A stretch of DNA of 64,000 bases, taken from Patescibacteria group bacterium (GTDB taxonomy: Bacteria; Patescibacteriota; Minisyncoccia; Phycocordibacterales; Phycocordibacteraceae). The position numbers and the translations under genes were made by a program. How positions within the stretch are numbered: the first letter of the stretch is position 1; each line of letters starts with the position of its first letter. Below the pieces are notes generated by a model. The model was not told the origin of the DNA. It searched no databases and saw only the letters and a list, made by a program, of their open reading frames with translations. Positions 27,004-37,116 of this stretch are shown in pieces. Location of the stretch: NCBI GenBank assembly GCA_029260935.1, contig JAJDCJ010000008.1:3905-67904 (forward strand), read 5' to 3'.

Positions 27004-28578
27004 ATGAAATCTCCCACAGATATATCTTCTCAGTATCTACATATTGGACGCGCCGGAGACCTTACTGGTGGAGACCGTTTTTTATATCGATTTTTAGAAA
27101 CACTCCCTGCTTTTCTGTCAGTAGGCACGCTTGTCATTTTTATATTACTTTCGTTTATAAAACCGGCGCTCGTTGCCTACTTCACTATTGGCTTTTCTGC
27201 CTACTGGTTGTTTAAGACTGTTTTTCTTACCATCCATTTACGATATAATTTCAAACGGCTTCGGCACAACATGCACGTCAACTGGGGTGAGCGTCTTATA
27301 AATGTACGTCACAAGGAAGTGGTGCACGTGGTAGTGTTTCCTTTCTATAAAGAACCCTATGAGGTACTCCACGCCAGTGTTGAAGCACTTAAACACAGCA
27401 ACTTTAATAAAAAACAAATTGCAGTGGTGCTTGCTTCAGAAGAACGCGCAGGACAAGATGCACAAGACGTTGCTCGGCGTATTGAAAATGAATTTTCAGG
27501 TGTGTTCCTTGACATTATTACCACAGTGCACAGTGCTGACGTTGTTGGTGAAATTGCTGGCAAGGGATCCAACATTGCGTATGCTACAAAGGAGGCAACG
27601 CGTCTGATTGTAGACACGCGCTCACTCCCGTATGAAAAAGTGTTAGTCTCTGCGTTTGACTCAGACACCGTGGCGTACCCTGACTACTTTGCAAGTCTGA
27701 CGTGGCACTTCCTTACCGTTGAGGATCCACTTCATGCATCGTTTCAGCCAGTTCCGCTCTACAACAACAATATTTGGCAATCGCCGACACTTTCGCGTGT
27801 GTTGGCATACTCGTCTACGTTTTGGCAGATGATCCAACAAGAGCGCCCAGAGAGACTCTCTACGTTCTCCTCACACGCCATTCCGCTGTCAGCGCTCGTT
27901 GAGGTAGGGTACTGGCAACGCAATATGGTAAACGAAGATTCTCGTATTTTCTTTAACCTGTTTATGTACTACAACGGCAACTATAAAGTGGTGCCTATTT
28001 CGTATCCGGTTTCAATGGATGCAAACGCCACACCAACATTTCTAGGAACTGTTAAGAACCTTTACCGACAGCACCTTAGGTGGATGTATGGGAGTGCTGA
28101 AAATATTCCCTACCTTCTTTTTCACTTTATAAAAAACCCCAACATCGCACTGATGAAAAAAGTACGTATGGCGTTTGTACATATTGAGGGAGCGTGGTCG
28201 CTTGTTGTGCAGCCAATTATTCTTTTCGCTGTCGGCTGGCTCCCACTTTTAATTGGTGGTGCAGTATTTAATTCAACGGTTCTCAGTTACAATCTTCCCA
28301 TTGTTTCGTCGTGGTTTCTAACATCAGCAATGTTTGGGCTCGTATTCCTTGCTGTGTACGCAACACGCCTTGTTCCTGGAAGGCCAAAAGAGCGCGGACT
28401 GTTCGCCTCTATCCGCATGGTGTTGCAGTGGTTTTTAGTGCCCATCACCATGATTATCTTTAGTTCAATTCCTGGCATTGATGGTCAGCTACGGCTCGCG
28501 TTTAAAAAGTATTTAGGTTTTTGGGTGACACCAAAACAAAGAGAAGCGGAAACACACACTGCGCCTGCGGTACAATAA
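27004..28578 (+). CDS. Membrane-embedded processive family-2 glycosyltransferase (cellulose/chitin-synthase-like)
   Basis: Multiple TM segments. 'FDSDTVAYPDYF' DxD-like motif. 'QHLRW' (QxxRW) motif. Confidence 0.7.
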   Translation: MKSPTDISSQYLHIGRAGDLTGGDRFLYRFLETLPAFLSVGTLVIFILLSFIKPALVAYFTIGFSAYWLFKTVFLTIHLRYNFKRLRHNMHVNWGERLINVRHKEVVHVVVFPFYKEPYEVLHASVEALKHSNFNKKQIAVVLASEERAGQDAQDVARRIENEFSGVFLDIITTVHSADVVGEIAGKGSNIAYATKEATRLIVDTRSLPYEKVLVSAFDSDTVAYPDYFASLTWHFLTVEDPLHASFQPVPLYNNNIWQSPTLSRVLAYSSTFWQMIQQERPERLSTFSSHAIPLSALVEVGYWQRNMVNEDSRIFFNLFMYYNGNYKVVPISYPVSMDANATPTFLGTVKNLYRQHLRWMYGSAENIPYLLFHFIKNPNIALMKKVRMAFVHIEGAWSLVVQPIILFAVGWLPLLIGGAVFNSTVLSYNLPIVSSWFLTSAMFGLVFLAVYATRLVPGRPKERGLFASIRMVLQWFLVPITMIIFSSIPGIDGQLRLAFKKYLGFWVTPKQREAETHTAPAVQ

Positions 28579-28586
28579 TACTATCT

Positions 28587-29474
28587 ATGGAGCCACTTTC
28601 CCTTAAAACGCGCCGTGTGTATGCCACAACATTCTTCGTTTTGTTTTTAATTGTTCTTCCTATTGTTGGTTTGTATGCTTCCGGATATCGTCTCAGTGGA
28701 TTTTCTCTTGTTTCAACAGGGGGTATTTATGTCACCGTCCCCACCTCAGGAGTAACGCTGTCACTGAATGGACAGGAACTAGAGCGCTCTAATATATTTT
28801 CTAAAGCTTTTTTCTTTAACAACTTAACCCCAGGGTCATATGTGATTCAGGCAACGTCCGATGAGTATTATCCATGGTCAAAAAACCTCTTCGTAGAGTC
28901 GGGTTTTGTTTCCGATGTTCCCGTGCCCGCTATTGCTCAGCCATTAGTAGTTCGTGAGCTTGTAGTTGCAACCACCACTGCACAAATAGTACAGGCCAGT
29001 ATAGCAACATCAACCACTCGCGCAATAGAAGAGGAGAGATTTGAGAGTATTGTTGAGATATTTTTGGCAACCACCACCGCACTCGTTAAAGAAAGCGCTG
29101 TTGAAAACAATATACTCTCACTCACTCCCATTGATAAAGCGGGAGGAGTCGCGCTCTTTATTGAAGAAGGAAACCTACTGGTGAGGTGGACACGCAACTC
29201 ACCACCTCCAAGCTTTTTTTGCACCCGTCCTTCGTCATGTAGTCCTTTGTTTGCACTCGCGCGTAGTCGCAGTGAAGTGACCTCTGCTCAATTTTTTGCA
29301 GGAGGTGTGTTGTATCGCATGCTCGGCTCAGGTGTGTATTTTTCTGAAGTTGATATTCGCATACCACGACTCACTATCCCAGTGTTTACCGCCCCTGACG
29401 CCCAATTTAAAGTAATTGATAACTCGCTCATTGTACGTTCACAAGAGAAATACTACGAGATCATCGGGTTTTAA
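28587..29474 (+). CDS. Membrane-anchored hypothetical protein with a PEGA-like domain. The track ORF starts at 28521; the ATG at 28587 is likely.
   Basis: TM 'TTFFVLFLIVLPIVGLYA'. 'GVTLSLNGQELERSN...LTPGSYVIQATSDEYYPWSKNLFVESG' resembles a PEGA domain. Confidence 0.5.
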   Translation: MEPLSLKTRRVYATTFFVLFLIVLPIVGLYASGYRLSGFSLVSTGGIYVTVPTSGVTLSLNGQELERSNIFSKAFFFNNLTPGSYVIQATSDEYYPWSKNLFVESGFVSDVPVPAIAQPLVVRELVVATTTAQIVQASIATSTTRAIEEERFESIVEIFLATTTALVKESAVENNILSLTPIDKAGGVALFIEEGNLLVRWTRNSPPPSFFCTRPSSCSPLFALARSRSEVTSAQFFAGGVLYRMLGSGVYFSEVDIRIPRLTIPVFTAPDAQFKVIDNSLIVRSQEKYYEIIGF

Positions 29475-29483
29475 AAACGGAAA

Positions 29484-30620
29484 CTATCGTATTGTTCCTG
29501 AATAGACGTCCTCGGTAGTTTTTTCCAGTTTTTTGTGGAGTGCATCAACTTCCTCGTTGGTCAGTGTTTTATGTAAGTTTCTATAGGTCACACGAAAGGC
29601 ATAGCTAATCTTGTCTTCCCCGAACCGTTCATCGTTTTCATACTTATCAATAAGCGCAACTTCTTCAACAACATCATCTCCTATGACCTCTCGTGTCGTG
29701 TCAAAATAATCATTTGGAATAAAGTCTTTTTTTACGATAAAAGAAATATCGCGCACAACAGCGGGGTATTTGCTCACTTCTTCGTAGTGGTTACCGAGCA
29801 CCAACTGCTTTTTTACGCGCTCATCCTCTGACCATAGGAGACGAATATCAGGAAGATTCATACTCGCCATAGCCCCACGGTCTAAACCGGAGCCCCATGC
29901 CCAACCGTTGTAGACGTCTGAGTCAACGCCGAGCTTCTCTAGTACGGATGGCTTGACTACACCACTACCTAAAATTTCAAGCCAGTCATCGTCTTTCTTG
30001 ATTTCAATTTCAGTTGAGGGGTGCGTATAGGGAAATGTTTCTTTCACAAACCTAAACTCTACATCGCCGAAAATTGCCTTCACGATTTTTGACTCAACGT
30101 CTTTGAGCGTATCAAGGTCTATTTTTTTAATATCTTTTGGAGCAATGTAGAGCGCATCAATCTGATGAAAGACGTTCATATGCTCTCGGTCTACCTCGTC
30201 CTTACGGTATACCTTACCGTAACTAAAGACGCCCATCGCTTCTTTACGTGCAAGTTTTTCTTTGATAGCTTCCTGTTGGAAATAGTAGTACCACATAGAG
30301 GTGGTCTGTGGGCGCAAAATGTGAGTATCGTCAACGAAGTATGTATCCGATTTCTGACGGGCAGGGTGGTCTTCCTCAAAATCAAAGAAATCAAAAGCGA
30401 TTTCGGTGGATATAATTTCGGGCACATGGATGATGTCAAACGTCTTGAAATCTGGAATTGAAATAATTCGCTCAACCATGTCATACAAAGGACTCTCAGG
30501 TGTTCGCGACAGGTCAGGCATATGGAGGTAGCGTTTAATGCGGACTGCCTCAGTGTCAGTGCGCGCTTCAATTTTTTTGAGCAGTGTGTGCTCTTCTTCC
30601 AGTGGAATTCTAATATCCAT
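29484..30620 (-). CDS. pheS: Single-chain (mitochondrial-type) phenylalanine--tRNA ligase: a PheS-like class II catalytic core fused to a C-terminal FDX-ACB anticodon-binding domain. The track ORF extends to 30704.
   Basis: 'HPARQKSDTYFV...ILRPQTTSMW', motif 2 'YRKDEVDREHMNVFHQID', motif 3 'GWAWGSGLDRGAM'. C-terminal 'SKYPAVVRDISFIVKKD...YAFRVTYRN..TLTNEEVDALHKKLE' matches FDX-ACB. Confidence 0.65.
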   Translation of the reverse strand: MDIRIPLEEEHTLLKKIEARTDTEAVRIKRYLHMPDLSRTPESPLYDMVERIISIPDFKTFDIIHVPEIISTEIAFDFFDFEEDHPARQKSDTYFVDDTHILRPQTTSMWYYYFQQEAIKEKLARKEAMGVFSYGKVYRKDEVDREHMNVFHQIDALYIAPKDIKKIDLDTLKDVESKIVKAIFGDVEFRFVKETFPYTHPSTEIEIKKDDDWLEILGSGVVKPSVLEKLGVDSDVYNGWAWGSGLDRGAMASMNLPDIRLLWSEDERVKKQLVLGNHYEEVSKYPAVVRDISFIVKKDFIPNDYFDTTREVIGDDVVEEVALIDKYENDERFGEDKISYAFRVTYRNLHKTLTNEEVDALHKKLEKTTEDVYSGTIR

Positions 30621-30729
30621 ATTTTTACAGTTTAAGGAAAAACCCCCAGAAACACAAGGTGTTCTCCAATCCACCCACCCAACAATACTATCCAACCTAT
30701 CCACTTATGATCATAGTCAGTGGGAGGGA

Positions 30730-30756
30730 GAAATATGGACACGGCGTGTCCATATT
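30730..30756. repeat. REP-like palindrome, variant core (aaatatGGACACGgCGTGTCCatattt)
   Basis: Perfect 27-nt palindrome, intergenic between pheS-like and gyrB. Same ATATGGAC...GTCCATAT arm style as the REP-A copy at 22415. Confidence 0.7.
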
Positions 30757-30887
30757 TTATCAAAGGGGAAAAGTGAAGGAAAAAGAAGAAACATACCACT
30801 AAAAATTACTGAAAAACCACTGTAGAAAACAGAGATTTTTGCTCTATAGAGTGATATAATAAAGGGGCGCACAGAGCGTTATTTTTT

Positions 30888-33800
30888 ATGCCAAAGAAAA
30901 CCCCTACAAAAGCAGTAAAACCTAATAAAACAGCCACCAAAGCGAAAAAAGGCCCCTCATATGGAGCCGAACAAATTACCGTTCTTGAGGGTCTTGAGCC
31001 GGTACGTAAGCGCCCTGGAATGTACATAGGTACCACAGGTCCTGATGGTCTCCATCACCTCATTTGGGAGGTGTTTGATAACTCGCGTGACGAGGCAATG
31101 GGTGGCTTTGCCGACACTATTGAAGTGGCACTGCTTCCAGGAAATAAAATTCGCATCGTTGATAATGGGCGAGGTATTCCTGTTGATATACATAAACAAA
31201 CAAAAGTTTCAGCACTTGAAACCATCATGACCACACTGCACGCCGGCGGTAAGTTTGGTGGAGACGAGAGTGGATACAAAGTATCCGGAGGACTTCATGG
31301 TGTTGGTGTGTCGGTTGTAAATGCACTTTCAGTGTATACAAAAGTTGAAGTCCACAAAGACGGCGGTCACTACATACAGGAATACAGTCGTGGAAAACCA
31401 AAAGCAAAAGTAAAAAAAATCGGTAGCACAAACTTTGAAGGTACTGTTGTGGTGTTTGAAGCAGACCAGGAGATTTTCAAAGAGATTGTTTTTGACTGGA
31501 ATAAAATAGTTGCCCACCTACGCCAGCAGGCATACTTAGTGAAAGGCACACGTATTGGCATCTATGATGCCCGTGAATACGCTGGAAAAACTGACCTTGA
31601 AGACGGTGTCTATATAAGAGATATGGAGGTAGCAATCCCTTCGCAGACATTTTATTTTGAACAAGGGCTTCGCTCTCTTGTTGCGTTCAATAACCGTTTC
31701 CAAAAACCGATTCATAAAAATATCTTCTATGTTGAAAAAGAAGAAGATGGCGTTACCGTTGAAGTCGCACTTCAATATGCTGACGATATTTCTCCGCGTC
31801 TGATTGGTTTTGCAAACAATATCTATAACTCAGAGGGCGGAACTCATATCACTGGTTTTAAAACAGCACTCACCAGAACCATAAACACCTATGCGCGTAA
31901 AAATAACGTAGTAAAAGAAAGTGATGAAAACTTTACCGGAGACGATGTTCTTGAGGGTATTACTGCAGTTGTGTCGGTGAAAATGCCAGAGGTTCAGTTT
32001 GAGGGGCAGACCAAGGGAAAGTTGGGAAGTGTGGAGGCGCGTGGTGCAGTGGAAACCGTATTCGGCGAGGCATTTTCCGACTTTCTTGAAACACATCCTG
32101 ACGAGGCAAAATCAATTGCATCAAAAACTCTTTTGGCGCTCAAAGCACGCAAAGCAGCAAAGGCCGCTAAAGATTCAGTACTGAGAAAAGGTGCACTTGA
32201 CGGTATGACTCTGCCGGGTAAATTGGCCGACTGCCAAAGCAAAAGCGCTGAAGAGTCCGAGTTGTTTATCGTAGAGGGAGACTCAGCTGGCGGGTGTTTT
32301 GATGGGAACACTAAAGTGGCACTTACAGACGGACGCAACCTCACTTTTAAAGAACTTGTTGTAGAAGATAAAGATGGAAAACAAAATTACTGCTATACCA
32401 TTGATGATGGTGATGTTGGTGTTGCACCAATTCTCAATCCACGTATTACGAAACATAATGCTGAAGTGTTAAAAGTTACACTTGATTCAGGAGAAGAAAT
32501 AATTTGTACTCCCGATCATCGTTTTATGCTTCGTGACCAATCGTATCAACAAGCGCAACAGTTGACCTCGGAAGATTCTCTTATGCCACTTCGTCGTCAA
32601 CTTTCACGACTCGGAAGACGTATCACCATCAAAGGGTATGAATTAGTTTATACACCCGGAGCTCACCAATGGATTTTTACACATCTTCTCGGTGACCGTT
32701 TTAATATGAAACATAATATCTATACAAAAACGGACAATACCGCAGTACACCATAAAGATTTCAATAAACTCAACAATAATCCGGATAACTTGGTGCGCCT
32801 TGATAAACAAGAGCATATACTCCTTCATACACAATCATTACATCGAACACTTCACAGTGAAGCTTCAAAAGAGGCGGCGCGTCGTACACACAAGACACGG
32901 GAGTATCGAGAAAAGATTCGAACCATTATGAGTACGTCACGCATGCGTACACTACTCAGTCTGCGAGCAAAAAAACAATGGGAAAACCTGGAGTATAAAG
33001 AGTTTATGAAGCAGAAATTTTCTGAATTCTATAACACACACCCAGAATATAGGACTGAGAACAATGCAAATTTAAACGCAGCGCAGAAGTTGCATTGGTC
33101 CAAAGCGGAAAACCGCAAAGCTCAGTCAAAACGAGTAACTGAATTTTTCGTCCAAAATCCAGAGGTTCGTAGTGCGCTTTGTGCCGAAGCGCGTACACAG
33201 TGGGATAACGCTGATTTGCGAGCATGGCGCGCTGAAACCACCAAAAAACAATGGACATCAGAATTTCGTGCAAACCGAAAAGTCGCATACAATAAAACAT
33301 ATCTCACCAAAGCACTCAAAGCATTTAACGATATATGGAAAAAAACGAAGAACATCGATGTCGCCGCATACAATCGTATTCGAAAAGAGACTAATGATCG
33401 CTCACTCATTCGTCATGACACTATTTTGAAACGGTTCTTTAACAACGACACTAAGCGCTTTGAAGAAGCAGTTGTTAATTTCAATCACCGAATTAAACAT
33501 ATAGAGAAGGTACATGAGCGAATGGACGTATATGACTTGCAGGTAGCAGGTACTCACAACTTCGCACTTGCCAGTGGCATCTTTGTACACAACTCATCAA
33601 AACAGGGACGTGATCGCCGTACGCAAGCAATTTTACCGCTCCGTGGAAAGATTTTAAACGTAGAGCGTGCACGCCTTGACCGTATGCTTGCGTCAAATGA
33701 AATTAAAGCGCTTGTGGTAGCACTGGGGACTGCAATAGGGGATTTATTTAATCTAGAAAAGCTACGCTACCACAAAGTAATTATCGCGACTGACGCCGAC

Positions 33801-34298
33801 GTTGATGGTGCTCATATCCGTACGCTTCTGCTCACACTCTTTTACCGATACTTTAAAGAAATGATTGAAGGTGGATTTGTATACATTGCGCAACCTCCTC
33901 TATACAAAATTAAAAAAGGGAAAGATGTGACGTACGCGTATACTGATGATGAAAAAGCAGATCTTATCGGCACAGACATTGAAATTACAGAAGAAAACGA
34001 CGACACTGTTTTAGATGAAGATGAGGACGAAAACGATAGAGAAGAAGATGTACAGTCAAAGAAATCAAAACCGAAAACAAAAAAAGTCACGATTCAACGG
34101 TACAAAGGTCTTGGTGAAATGAACCCAGACGAGCTGTGGGAAACCACCATGGACCCAGCACGGCGGATTTTAAAACAAGTAACTATTGAGGACGCACAAG
34201 ACGCCGACCGTGTATTTGATATTTTAATGGGTACCGACGTTCCCGCTCGTAAATCGTTTATTCAAAGTAACGCCAAAACTGCAAAACTAGACATTTAG
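30888..34298 (+). CDS. gyrB: DNA gyrase subunit B, interrupted by a 433-aa intein
   Basis: GHKL ATPase N-terminus, TOPRIM 'EGDSAGG|C...' interrupted by the intein, C-terminal 'QRYKGLGEMNP'. Total 1136 aa versus about 650-700 for a typical GyrB. Confidence 0.9.
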   Translation: MPKKTPTKAVKPNKTATKAKKGPSYGAEQITVLEGLEPVRKRPGMYIGTTGPDGLHHLIWEVFDNSRDEAMGGFADTIEVALLPGNKIRIVDNGRGIPVDIHKQTKVSALETIMTTLHAGGKFGGDESGYKVSGGLHGVGVSVVNALSVYTKVEVHKDGGHYIQEYSRGKPKAKVKKIGSTNFEGTVVVFEADQEIFKEIVFDWNKIVAHLRQQAYLVKGTRIGIYDAREYAGKTDLEDGVYIRDMEVAIPSQTFYFEQGLRSLVAFNNRFQKPIHKNIFYVEKEEDGVTVEVALQYADDISPRLIGFANNIYNSEGGTHITGFKTALTRTINTYARKNNVVKESDENFTGDDVLEGITAVVSVKMPEVQFEGQTKGKLGSVEARGAVETVFGEAFSDFLETHPDEAKSIASKTLLALKARKAAKAAKDSVLRKGALDGMTLPGKLADCQSKSAEESELFIVEGDSAGGCFDGNTKVALTDGRNLTFKELVVEDKDGKQNYCYTIDDGDVGVAPILNPRITKHNAEVLKVTLDSGEEIICTPDHRFMLRDQSYQQAQQLTSEDSLMPLRRQLSRLGRRITIKGYELVYTPGAHQWIFTHLLGDRFNMKHNIYTKTDNTAVHHKDFNKLNNNPDNLVRLDKQEHILLHTQSLHRTLHSEASKEAARRTHKTREYREKIRTIMSTSRMRTLLSLRAKKQWENLEYKEFMKQKFSEFYNTHPEYRTENNANLNAAQKLHWSKAENRKAQSKRVTEFFVQNPEVRSALCAEARTQWDNADLRAWRAETTKKQWTSEFRANRKVAYNKTYLTKALKAFNDIWKKTKNIDVAAYNRIRKETNDRSLIRHDTILKRFFNNDTKRFEEAVVNFNHRIKHIEKVHERMDVYDLQVAGTHNFALASGIFVHNSSKQGRDRRTQAILPLRGKILNVERARLDRMLASNEIKALVVALGTAIGDLFNLEKLRYHKVIIATDADVDGAHIRTLLLTLFYRYFKEMIEGGFVYIAQPPLYKIKKGKDVTYAYTDDEKADLIGTDIEITEENDDTVLDEDEDENDREEDVQSKKSKPKTKKVTIQRYKGLGEMNPDELWETTMDPARRILKQVTIEDAQDADRVFDILMGTDVPARKSFIQSNAKTAKLDI
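32295..33593 (+). mobile_element. GyrB intein with an HNH-type homing endonuclease domain, inserted in the TOPRIM EGDSAGG^S site
   Basis: Block A 'CFDGNTKVAL' directly after GDSAGG. Block B 'ICTPDHRF'. HNH-like 'HHKDFNKLNNNPDNLVRLDKQEHILLH'. Blocks F/G 'VYDLQVAGTHNFALASGIFVHN' followed by +1 Ser and the resumed extein 'SKQGRDRRTQAILPLRGKILNV'. Confidence 0.85.
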
Positions 34299-34322
34299 CA
34301 TCTCAGCGCTTTTCAGCCTTCT

Positions 34323-34802
34323 CTAAAGTCTTCCTTTAAAAATCAGTGTCGCAACAGAAATTATTGTTACAAGTATCGCTGAAAAGAAAAATGCAGGAAG
34401 CGTTGCAATTATACCGAGCGCTATTTTTAAAAAAATACTACCGGGGACTAATACCCCCACAGTTAATGCTCCTAATGCTGTCAGTACATTGGTTGTATTA
34501 AACATCGCACTTAACCCCTCCAGTCCTATTTCTTTTCTAAACACCTCTTCAGCTGTTCGTTTGTCTTCTTCTGTATATGATATACGTGGCGCAGGAGCTT
34601 TCTCTGTTACCGGATAGGGCAACTCCTTTTCAATGGAGAGAGGGTTGATACTCTCAGGAGAAGGTGTATCTTCGCGCTCAGTAGTTACTTGAGCAGCACG
34701 CTCTACGTGTTCATGGCTTGCGGTATTTTCTATAGTTTCTTTTGTATATAGCATAAGATCTTTTTGGAGTCTTGAGGTTGTTTTATCACTGCATAGTAAC
34801 AA
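34323..34802 (-). CDS. Hypothetical membrane protein with C-terminal TM helices
   Basis: 159-aa ORF. The C-terminus is hydrophobic: 'LTALGALTVGVLVPGSIFLKIALGIIATLPAFFFSAILVTII'. Confidence 0.45.
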   Translation of the reverse strand: MLLCSDKTTSRLQKDLMLYTKETIENTASHEHVERAAQVTTEREDTPSPESINPLSIEKELPYPVTEKAPAPRISYTEEDKRTAEEVFRKEIGLEGLSAMFNTTNVLTALGALTVGVLVPGSIFLKIALGIIATLPAFFFSAILVTIISVATLIFKGRL

Positions 34803-34829
34803 AATTGGAGCTCTGTGCCCCGTCGGAGT

Positions 34830-35237
34830 TTAATAGCTATTTTCGCGAATTTTATTTTTTACCCAGCCAACTATGTGTATCAAAGCAAGTGCACCAAGAC
34901 CAACACCTGCGCCTATTATTCCTGTAGTAAAGTACCCAACAAGAAATCCAAGCGCGGCTGTATATGTTATTTCTCTTCCGAATTCAGAACCAATGACTGC
35001 TGCAATAGTTACAAGGAGAAAGTTTTCTCTGGATGGTCCTGCGCTTGCAGTCAAACCTTCAATAGAAAGAGCTTCGCCATCGTTTGTATAGTTTTTAACA
35101 GGGTGGTTGCTTAGTGCCGGGGACTTAAAGGTGTTTTCTATTGGTAGAGATACTGTTTCTGGTGAGTTATGTAGAGTCTCAGCGTGCTGTGCTCTAACGT
35201 TCTCTCCTGTCTCAGGGGTGTATTTTTCTGTACTCAT
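34830..35237 (-). CDS. Hypothetical membrane protein with C-terminal TM helices
   Basis: 135-aa ORF. Same architecture as its neighbour. Confidence 0.45.
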   Translation of the reverse strand: MSTEKYTPETGENVRAQHAETLHNSPETVSLPIENTFKSPALSNHPVKNYTNDGEALSIEGLTASAGPSRENFLLVTIAAVIGSEFGREITYTAALGFLVGYFTTGIIGAGVGLGALALIHIVGWVKNKIRENSY

Positions 35238-35239
35238 AT

Positions 35240-36307
35240 TTATTTAATAGTTTTAATTGTGTAGCGAACAATGTTGTTGTCTTTGTTTAACTCATTGATA
35301 CGACTTGCCGGGTCAATATTGATAACAAACACACCCTCGTCTTCATCTACAAAACTATCAAAGCCAAGAGTGAACTCAATACGATCACCGGGGCCAAGGT
35401 TTTGCTGTGTGGGAGACGAAAAGATATGTGAGGGGAATGTAGGAAGTACCGCGTTAAAGGTAAACTGACCTGAGTTTTTCGTTCCAATGTTTTCAACTGC
35501 AAATCGTATTGCAACTCGGTTTGTGCTGATTGATCTGTTTGGTGTTGAACTTGCCGTAAACACTCCCGTGCTTTTACTCACTACGCCAATCTCAATCACT
35601 CGTGCTGTAAGGTCAACGCGACCATTGGGGTCAGACACACTACCTCCTCCGGGCAGTGTAAAGACTTCAGTTGTTTGAGTGCCCGGTTTTCTCTCAACAG
35701 GGGTCGTGGGAGTGCCGCCACCTGTGACGGGAGTCTCGGGGTCAACAGAAATATCTTCGTTTATAATAGTGAGTGTCATTGAGCCGGAAACGGCTACCTC
35801 TGATGCTCCCTCTGGTATAAAGTCAATAAAGAGCAACGCGTTGGTAGACCTGTTTTCATCTGAAAGAGCAGTCAGGGTAATTGAATTGTCTGCATTAAGG
35901 AAGTTAAACGGTACAGTACAAAATACAGTAGTTTCAGATCCGGACTGGGTAGGGGAGGTAAAAGAAACACCATTCTCACAACTGTAACGGAATGTATAGG
36001 TACCCTCGTCTCTATTTCCTAAGTGCTCCCATGACAATACGAAAGGAGTGCCTGTCTTTACAGTGAGAGAAGGTACTGAGAGCGTAATTGCCTCGCTTAC
36101 AGCGGGAACGAAAATTGAAGTGAGTGATACTACCGCTGCTGCAAGTGAGTTAAATGCCCCGGGAACGCCTCGTGCAAGTGATAGTGAACCCCATATACCA
36201 GCTCCGATTATTGCTACAAAGCCAACGATAGCAAGAGCGCGGGTTGCCACGCGTATGAGTAATTCATTTCTATCGTTATTTTTCATATATAGAACTATAA
36301 TTATCAC
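35240..36307 (-). CDS. Secreted/anchored hypothetical protein with a C-terminal CARDB-like domain
   Basis: N-terminal TM. C-terminal 'DPASRINELNKDNNIVRYT' matches the CARDB consensus end. Confidence 0.5.
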   Translation of the reverse strand: MIIIVLYMKNNDRNELLIRVATRALAIVGFVAIIGAGIWGSLSLARGVPGAFNSLAAAVVSLTSIFVPAVSEAITLSVPSLTVKTGTPFVLSWEHLGNRDEGTYTFRYSCENGVSFTSPTQSGSETTVFCTVPFNFLNADNSITLTALSDENRSTNALLFIDFIPEGASEVAVSGSMTLTIINEDISVDPETPVTGGGTPTTPVERKPGTQTTEVFTLPGGGSVSDPNGRVDLTARVIEIGVVSKSTGVFTASSTPNRSISTNRVAIRFAVENIGTKNSGQFTFNAVLPTFPSHIFSSPTQQNLGPGDRIEFTLGFDSFVDEDEGVFVINIDPASRINELNKDNNIVRYTIKTIK

Positions 36308-36469
36308 ATAATAATTACTTTGTCAAGCCCCTTACGAAACGTTATTTTCTACAAAAAATACAACAAAAGGAGCTCTTGACAAATAGCATTTTGTTGTATA
36401 GAATAATTTCAAATCTCTCGATGCGTCATTCAGTATGTCGCACGCACTCGGATGAGTTTTTAACTAACT

Positions 36470-37108
36470 ATGAATTCCAATACGCATACGCGACACATAA
36501 GTCACGAGTATGTACGATTTTTCGGGTTTTTCTTCCTGATATTTTTTGCAACGGCAGTACTGCTCTATGTTGTTGACTTTGTTCCAGAAGCGCCGAATGA
36601 AGAAGTAGAGAGCACTGCGCAATCTCTTAATGCTTCTTTGGAAGGATCTGTTGCAAGCATTGAAAACCCGACTCGTGTTTCTATCCCTTCAATTGGCGTT
36701 AATACAGTTATTGGTAACCCAGCATCATCTGACATTAACGACCTGGATAACGCTCTTTTGGGTGGCGCTGTGCGATACCCAGGTTCTGCACAACTTGGAG
36801 AAGACGCCCCAATCTTCCTGTTCGGACACCAAAGTTATTTACCTGTGGTGAGGAACAAAGCGTTTAAGGCATTTAACGGGCTACAAAACTTGACTGAAGG
36901 GGACACCATAGATATATTTTCTGACACTACCAAGCACCAATACCGCGTACAAAAAGTTTCTTTGGTTGAAGCTAACGAGGCACTTATCCCGCTTGACGCA
37001 GGAAGCAAGACACTCGTTCTTTCAACGTGTAACTCATTTGGTGACCCCGGTGAGCGGTACCTGGTGACTGCAGAATATGTTGGCCATAAAGAAGGTCATT
37101 CACTATAA
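36470..37108 (+). CDS. Sortase family transpeptidase
   Basis: N-terminal TM. 'PIFLFGH' and the catalytic Cys in a 'TLVLSTC' (TLxTC) motif. Confidence 0.75.
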   Translation: MNSNTHTRHISHEYVRFFGFFFLIFFATAVLLYVVDFVPEAPNEEVESTAQSLNASLEGSVASIENPTRVSIPSIGVNTVIGNPASSDINDLDNALLGGAVRYPGSAQLGEDAPIFLFGHQSYLPVVRNKAFKAFNGLQNLTEGDTIDIFSDTTKHQYRVQKVSLVEANEALIPLDAGSKTLVLSTCNSFGDPGERYLVTAEYVGHKEGHSL

Positions 37109-37116
37109 AATTACAT

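Noticed and set aside
26712-27017. 101-aa minus-strand ORF overlapping tRNA-Thr
   Set aside because: It overlaps a well-folding tRNA gene and the start of the glycosyltransferase gene, and has no domain features.
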